Below the pieces are notes generated by a model. It saw nothing but the letters and a program-made list of their open reading frames with translations. It did not search any database and was not told the origin of the DNA. Position numbers and translations under genes: made by a program. A stretch of 64,000 bases of DNA from an uncultured Methylococcaceae bacterium (GTDB taxonomy: Bacteria; Pseudomonadota; Gammaproteobacteria; Methylococcales; Methylomonadaceae): positions 4,438-68,437 of the forward strand of contig CAJADF010000100.1 of the NCBI GenBank assembly GCA_903938485.1, read 5' to 3'. This document shows positions 59,423 through 64,000 of this stretch, one piece after another (positions within the stretch are counted from its first letter, which is position 1; each line of letters opens with the position of its first letter).

Positions 59423-59799
59423 GAACACTCCAGAACCATTGATGAGCATTTCGTTAAGCCGACTGAACCTTTTGCTAAGCCGATTGAGCATTTCGTTACG
59501 CCGACTGAACCTTTTGCCAAGCCGATTGAGCATTTCACTAAGCCGACTGAACCTTTTGCCAAACCGATTGAGCATTTCGCTAAGCCGACTGAACACTCCG
59601 CTGAGTATCCAGAGTGTTCCGTTACTCTGTTTAAGCGCTACAGAATCATTACTTGTTAGTTTTTATAACGCCGGAGTGCTTTGTTAGGTTAGCGGAGCAA
59701 TCAGTCGTGTTAGCGGGGCATTCATTGAGGTTGTTGGAGCACTCCGTTAACTTGACAGAGTGCTCAGTTAGGTTGACAGAGCACCTGAGAATGACATCT
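59423..59799 (+). repeat. phased array of about 18 degenerate 21-bp direct repeats (iteron/centromere-like), apparently non-coding
   Basis: Units start at 59423+21k (k=0-9) and at 59674+21k (k=0-5); two degraded units and a 1-bp phase slip lie between. The central 42-bp super-repeat (GAGCATTTCGTTAAGCCGACT + GAACCTTTTGCTAAGCCGATT) occurs 3.5 times. Unit heads follow GAGCAYTY or its complement GAGTGYTC (GAACACTC, GAGTGTTC, GAGCACTC, GAGTGCTC). Confidence 0.85.
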
Positions 59800-60140
59800 A
59801 AGCAGTTTCTTATTATTAAGAATCGCTCATTAGTGTTGGCAAGATGCGCCTCAATAACATGACAAAAAGACAGCACTCATGCCTTGTATCGGGCCTTTAA
59901 TGATTTGTTGCAGTATTCGGGCACTCATACTTCTGTTGTTTTCCTTAAAACGATTAATCCACGCAACTAACTGGCTTGCAATGCTTGGACAAATATAGCC
60001 CTTGTTAAGACAACAGGGGCTTCGTTATTAAAAAACACCCCACAAAAACACTCACAACGGGAAATAAACTCGTTTTTATTGAAAATAATTCCCACTTTTG
60101 TTACCCTGATTACCCACCTGACTTAATTGAGCATAAATCG

Positions 60141-61025
60141 ATGAAATATATTGAGATCAATATATTAGATAAAATAGACCGCCTACAGACTGCGTTTATT
60201 TATGCTACCAAGTTAGCGGAAGCACTTAACATTTCAAGACGTACGCTTCTCAACTGGCGCCAAAAGCCTCATTCCATTTCTGCTAAATCTTATTTAGATA
60301 TTGATGTTTTATATTGCCAACATTTTTTGATACCCGAGTGGGATGAGCCGAAGCAACAATTCGACACGGTTTTATTGCCGGATGCCATGTCACATAATGA
60401 AGCCATGTTTTTGCCATTTTTACGGCGCTTAAGTTATGGCACGATTGAAATTGAAACCGATATATCGAAAGCTGATTTCGATAGCATTATTGATGGAAAA
60501 CGCTTACCTAAGAATATGAACAAGCAGACTTTTCATGAAGGCTTTAATACCTTTATTACGCACAAACAACTTTGGCAGAAAATTGTAGGGCATGGTGAAC
60601 AGTTCCCTATTACTGTAGAAAATATAAAAAACCTACATGCCGATTTTATGCGAGGCTTTTATGATAACGCGGGATTCTTCTCTACAAAAATGCGCCTCAT
60701 GGGGCAATTAGAGAACATACAAACGACTCACCCTGAAGATATTGACGAAGAAATGCATCGATGGGTCTATAAAGAAGCCAAGGCTGTGTCACTAGCAGCT
60801 ATCGCTAAAGCGCACGCTTATTTTATTTTAATACATCCTTTCGGCGATGGTAATGGGCGAGTAGGTCGCGCACTGGTGATGGCTCAGTGCTTAAATGCGC
60901 GTTTAATGCCACCCGTTTTCGATGGTAGCAATAGAGCAATGTATTACGCCGCCATGCAACATGCCATGCAGCATGGACGCTACGCACCCTTAGTAAAATT
61001 ATTTTATGAAGCGACTCAACAGTAA
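60141..61025 (+). CDS. Fic/DOC family protein with N-terminal helix-turn-helix
   Basis: 294 aa. The canonical Fic active-site motif HPFGDGNGRVGR is present. The N-terminal HTH-like segment is ATKLAEALNISRRTLLNWRQ. It is convergent with recD, with stops 4 nt apart. Confidence 0.9.
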   Translation: MKYIEINILDKIDRLQTAFIYATKLAEALNISRRTLLNWRQKPHSISAKSYLDIDVLYCQHFLIPEWDEPKQQFDTVLLPDAMSHNEAMFLPFLRRLSYGTIEIETDISKADFDSIIDGKRLPKNMNKQTFHEGFNTFITHKQLWQKIVGHGEQFPITVENIKNLHADFMRGFYDNAGFFSTKMRLMGQLENIQTTHPEDIDEEMHRWVYKEAKAVSLAAIAKAHAYFILIHPFGDGNGRVGRALVMAQCLNARLMPPVFDGSNRAMYYAAMQHAMQHGRYAPLVKLFYEATQQ

Positions 61026-61029
61026 GCCA

Positions 61030-62994
61030 TCAACCCACGCAACTGACTTTTAAGGCTTCAGTAAAAATACCGGCTTTAGTTTCTATTAAGCTAAAGTTTT
61101 CTTTAGCGCGGGTAATGCCGGTATAAATCAGTTCTCGGGTTAATACCCGACTCATGGTGTCTGGTAACACTAAGGCCACATGATTAAACTCTGAGCCTTG
61201 GGATTTATGGACGGTCATCGCATACGCCGTTTCTACATGGGGTAAGCGTAAGGGCGACACCCAATGCAATCCATCGACATGTTCTTTATCATTAGCTGGA
61301 AACACCACGCGCAATTTATCGGTATGATCTTTAAGTGCAATACCAATATCACCATTCATTAAATCCAGCGTGTAATCATTATTAGTTATCATCACTGGGC
61401 GGGCTTCGTACCATAAATCCGCTTTAGTATCTTTTAGCAACCATTGCTGAATGCGCTCATTTAAACCCTCAACACCCCATTGCCCTTTACGCAAGGCACA
61501 CAGCACCTGAAAAGTATCAAAGGCTTTAAGCACTTGTTTAGCCCACGCATTAATCACTGCTGCTTCGTCGGACTTGGGTCGCTGTTTAATAATGGATCGA
61601 TAATAACCATAGCCCTGACAGAGTTCAGCTACGGTATAAGATTTTTCACCCCAATTGGCTAAAACTAAGTGTTTTAATAACTCATCGGCTGATTCAGCAT
61701 TAGCTGTAATGGGTAAGGACTTTACAGCAACAGGCAACTTAGGGTGTAAATCCGTAAATTGCGGGTCTTCCAAAATCTGCTGAGCTTTTACAACATCACC
61801 CGCATTAACAACGGCCGCTAAATTACCAATACCGCTGTCTTTATTAAAACGATAACTGTGTTGCAGAATAACCGTTTGTTGGTTGATGGCTTGATTGTGG
61901 GTTAACGCTTTAACAGCTACAAAATCTTCCTGCGCATAGTCTTTAAGCCACGCTTTAGTGTCTGCATCATAGGCTACCTCGATAGCGCCTTGACATAAAT
62001 CTCCCAGCACTGATCCTGCCTCTACCGACGCCAATTGATCTTTATCTCCCAATAAAATCATGGTGGCTTTTTCGGGTAAGGCGTCTAACAGGGCCGCCAT
62101 CATTTCTAAATCAATCATAGAGGCTTCATCGACAATCACAATATCCGCCACTAATGGATTATGCCGATGATGATTAAACTGCCGCGTATTTGAGCGTGTA
62201 CCTAATAAGCGATGCAAGGTACTGGCTTTAGTGGGCATTAAAGCTTTAATGTCCTCAGCTACCTTTAAATCTGCAATCGCTTTATTAATAGACTCACTGA
62301 CGCGCGCCGCCGCTTTACCTGTGGGCGCGGCTAATAAGATATTTAAGCGATGTGCCTCAGGCGCTTCTGCTTGCAACAACTGCACTAAGATAGCCAACAA
62401 CTTGGTCAGCGTAGTCGTTTTACCGGTCCCTGGCCCGCCGGTGATAATACTAAACCGTGCTCGCAACGCTAAAACACAGGCCACTTTTTGCCAATCCGGT
62501 TGCTGATCTGTATTAGCAAATAATTGGGTAATTTGCGCTTTTAATTCAGCGGGTAACTGTGTTCTACACGGTTGCAATCTTTGCTGAATACCTAGATCGA
62601 CCAACTGCTGACACTGCCAAAAGCGTCTTAAATATAAACGCGATCCAGACAGCACCAAAGGTGAACTGCCCTCCCCTAAACACACTACCGATGTATTGCT
62701 TAAACTCTCTATCCAATCTTGCAAGGCCGTGGCTTTTAATTTTACTAAACTGGCATCCGCGTTTTGTTCTTCTGTCGTGCAACTCATGCCTAAGACAGTT
62801 TCAAAACTGTGGCTTAACTTCGCTAAATCTAAATACACTTCACCTAAGTTAAATTGCTGACTTACTAAAGCACTAGCCCACAACAGCAGGTCTGTCGGGC
62901 TGGGTTCTTGTTGAGCAATAAAATTAACAAAGGCTCGGTCGGTATGGCTTAACCAGGCATATTTAAGCCATGTTTTGATTTGTGCTTCAATCAT
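61030..62994 (-). CDS. recD: exodeoxyribonuclease V subunit alpha
   Basis: 654 aa. It carries SF1 helicase motifs (ITGGPGTGKTTT, LAAPTGKAAARV, VIVDEASMID, TVHKSQGSEF). Its start overlaps the recB stop by 4 nt. Confidence 0.93.
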   Translation of the reverse strand: MIEAQIKTWLKYAWLSHTDRAFVNFIAQQEPSPTDLLLWASALVSQQFNLGEVYLDLAKLSHSFETVLGMSCTTEEQNADASLVKLKATALQDWIESLSNTSVVCLGEGSSPLVLSGSRLYLRRFWQCQQLVDLGIQQRLQPCRTQLPAELKAQITQLFANTDQQPDWQKVACVLALRARFSIITGGPGTGKTTTLTKLLAILVQLLQAEAPEAHRLNILLAAPTGKAAARVSESINKAIADLKVAEDIKALMPTKASTLHRLLGTRSNTRQFNHHRHNPLVADIVIVDEASMIDLEMMAALLDALPEKATMILLGDKDQLASVEAGSVLGDLCQGAIEVAYDADTKAWLKDYAQEDFVAVKALTHNQAINQQTVILQHSYRFNKDSGIGNLAAVVNAGDVVKAQQILEDPQFTDLHPKLPVAVKSLPITANAESADELLKHLVLANWGEKSYTVAELCQGYGYYRSIIKQRPKSDEAAVINAWAKQVLKAFDTFQVLCALRKGQWGVEGLNERIQQWLLKDTKADLWYEARPVMITNNDYTLDLMNGDIGIALKDHTDKLRVVFPANDKEHVDGLHWVSPLRLPHVETAYAMTVHKSQGSEFNHVALVLPDTMSRVLTRELIYTGITRAKENFSLIETKAGIFTEALKVSCVG

Positions 62995-64000
62995 ACCAGC
63001 GCTCCTGTGATGACTTTGCCTTTAAATAATTCATCCAAAGCTTCTATTAAGACTTTAGGCGGTTTATTAACGACTCGCCCGCCTGATGGACTTTGTGAGC
63101 CTCTTAAAAATAAATACACACCACCACCCACATGCGTGTCGTAAGCATAAGCTTTACCCAAGCGACTCTTAAGCAAGCGATGCAACGCTAATACATAAAT
63201 CAACATTTGTAAGTCATAACGCTTCTCTAACATAGCCGCCTCTAAATTAGCTTTTGTATAAGCTGCATCATTGAGTCCCAAACTATTAAACTTATAATCC
63301 GCCACATAATATTGCTGCTTATGCACAAAGACTAAATCGATAAAGCCTTTCATTAAGCCATGGATGGTATTAGCGGTTAACGGTGGGCGGGGTTGTTGCG
63401 GATAAAAATACTCGAGCACTAATTTATCCAACACCAACACATCCACAGCTTCTGCGCCCATCGTAAATTCCATTTCAACTTGATAATGCTCTGCGGGTAA
63501 ATCAGCCAGACTCACTGACTCATCATCAAACAAAGGCATGCTTAACCAATGGGCTAAGGCTGTTTCAATAATAGCCGTTTTATCTTGCCATACGGCTTGC
63601 TTAAACAGTTTTTGGACGAGCTCACGACTTTTAGCAAAATCCTCAAGACTAGCTTTAAATCCAGCACGGCCACACAGTTCTAACAAACTATGAATTAATA
63701 CCCCAGGACCTGCGCCTTTTGGTAAATCGTAAATCGTTAACGCTGTTTTAACCGCAGTCAGATCTTCAAGCTCGTCTTCATCGCCTTCTGTAGATTCTTG
63801 CGGCGTTTCTTGCTCTTCGGGTAAGGCTTTCTGACTGCCCTTATGACTATGTTTTAAAGCACTGTAACTGGCAATCCACCAATTATCAGCCACTTTTACT
63901 TCTGCCTCGCGGGCTTTACCCTGATTATCCGTATTAATTAAATGGGCATAAACATCCCTATGCGCTTCTGGCAAGGGCATAATAGCCATAGAATCACAAG
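62991..64000 (-). CDS. recB: exodeoxyribonuclease V subunit beta, C-terminal part (gene continues past the right edge)
   Basis: It contains the RecB nuclease-domain motifs GFIDLVFVHKQQYYVADYKFNSLG and YDLQMLIYVLALHR. The frame is open to the window end, so the ATG at 63989 in the ORF track is internal. Confidence 0.9.
   Translation of the reverse strand, partial: CDSMAIMPLPEAHRDVYAHLINTDNQGKAREAEVKVADNWWIASYSALKHSHKGSQKALPEEQETPQESTEGDEDELEDLTAVKTALTIYDLPKGAGPGVLIHSLLELCGRAGFKASLEDFAKSRELVQKLFKQAVWQDKTAIIETALAHWLSMPLFDDESVSLADLPAEHYQVEMEFTMGAEAVDVLVLDKLVLEYFYPQQPRPPLTANTIHGLMKGFIDLVFVHKQQYYVADYKFNSLGLNDAAYTKANLEAAMLEKRYDLQMLIYVLALHRLLKSRLGKAYAYDTHVGGGVYLFLRGSQSPSGGRVVNKPPKVLIEALDELFKGKVITGALV

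Noticed and set aside
59423-59799. Possible CRISPR array because of the regular short repeats
   Set aside because: The 21-bp units are contiguous with no unique spacers between them. They are degenerate rather than identical. No cas genes or leader-like region are present in the window.
59439-59876. ORF-track entries 59439-59687 (+), 59653-59862 (+) and 59649-59876 (-) as protein-coding genes
   Set aside because: They lie entirely in the 21-bp repeat array and are open in several frames on both strands simultaneously. They translate to low-complexity 7-residue periodic strings and have no convincing start or RBS context. They are most likely artefacts of the repeat period being a multiple of 3.
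57111-61029. Integrase, transposase or IS element responsible for the tRNA-Leu island
   Set aside because: No ORF in the interval has integrase or transposase motifs. Apart from the direct repeats already reported, no terminal inverted repeats were seen. I treat the patch as a decayed element, not an active one.

Overview
The window is a chromosomal segment from an AT-rich proteobacterium, gammaproteobacteria-like in its gene order. It is probably a methylotroph or methanotroph, because two tandem methylene-tetrahydromethanopterin dehydrogenase (Mtd) family genes are present. All family calls come from reading motifs in the supplied translations; no searches were run.

The conserved backbone includes:
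- thiD-thiE, parC and the rpsP-rimM-trmD-rplS operon
- ffh with divergent ypjD
- uvrB and an aspartate aminotransferase, gloA, hemN
- ccmCDEFGHI (ccmD was found by hand)
- mutS, a cinA/pncC-type gene, and recD plus the 3' part of recB
- tRNA-Arg(CCU) and tRNA-Leu(UAA)

The less ordinary content is:
1. A short LOV photoreceptor lies next to a photolyase.
2. A complete but rearranged 12.3-kb Tad/Flp pilus locus contains an uncharacterised wHTH-AAA+ ATPase between tadV and rcpC, plus a small lipoprotein. This embedded ATPase is one of the two best candidates for something undescribed.
3. A 990-aa mosaic RTX protein combines a serralysin protease with adhesin-like domains, with no type I secretion genes nearby.
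4. A pyruvate:ferredoxin oxidoreductase gene overlaps a dihydroorotate-dehydrogenase-like gene.
5. A Gfo/Idh/MocA oxidoreductase and a DegT aminotransferase sit directly upstream of lpxB. This looks like GnnA/GnnB and suggests a diamino-sugar lipid A.
6. A roughly 3.9-kb accessory patch lies between tRNA-Leu and recD, with no integrase. It contains a perfect 60-bp duplication of the tRNA 3' end plus its terminator, bracketing a decayed PIN/antitoxin module. It also contains a collagen-like Lcl/DUF1566 surface protein and an HTH-Fic gene.
7. Within that patch is a strictly phased array of about 18 degenerate 21-bp repeats. This array is the other best candidate for something undescribed.
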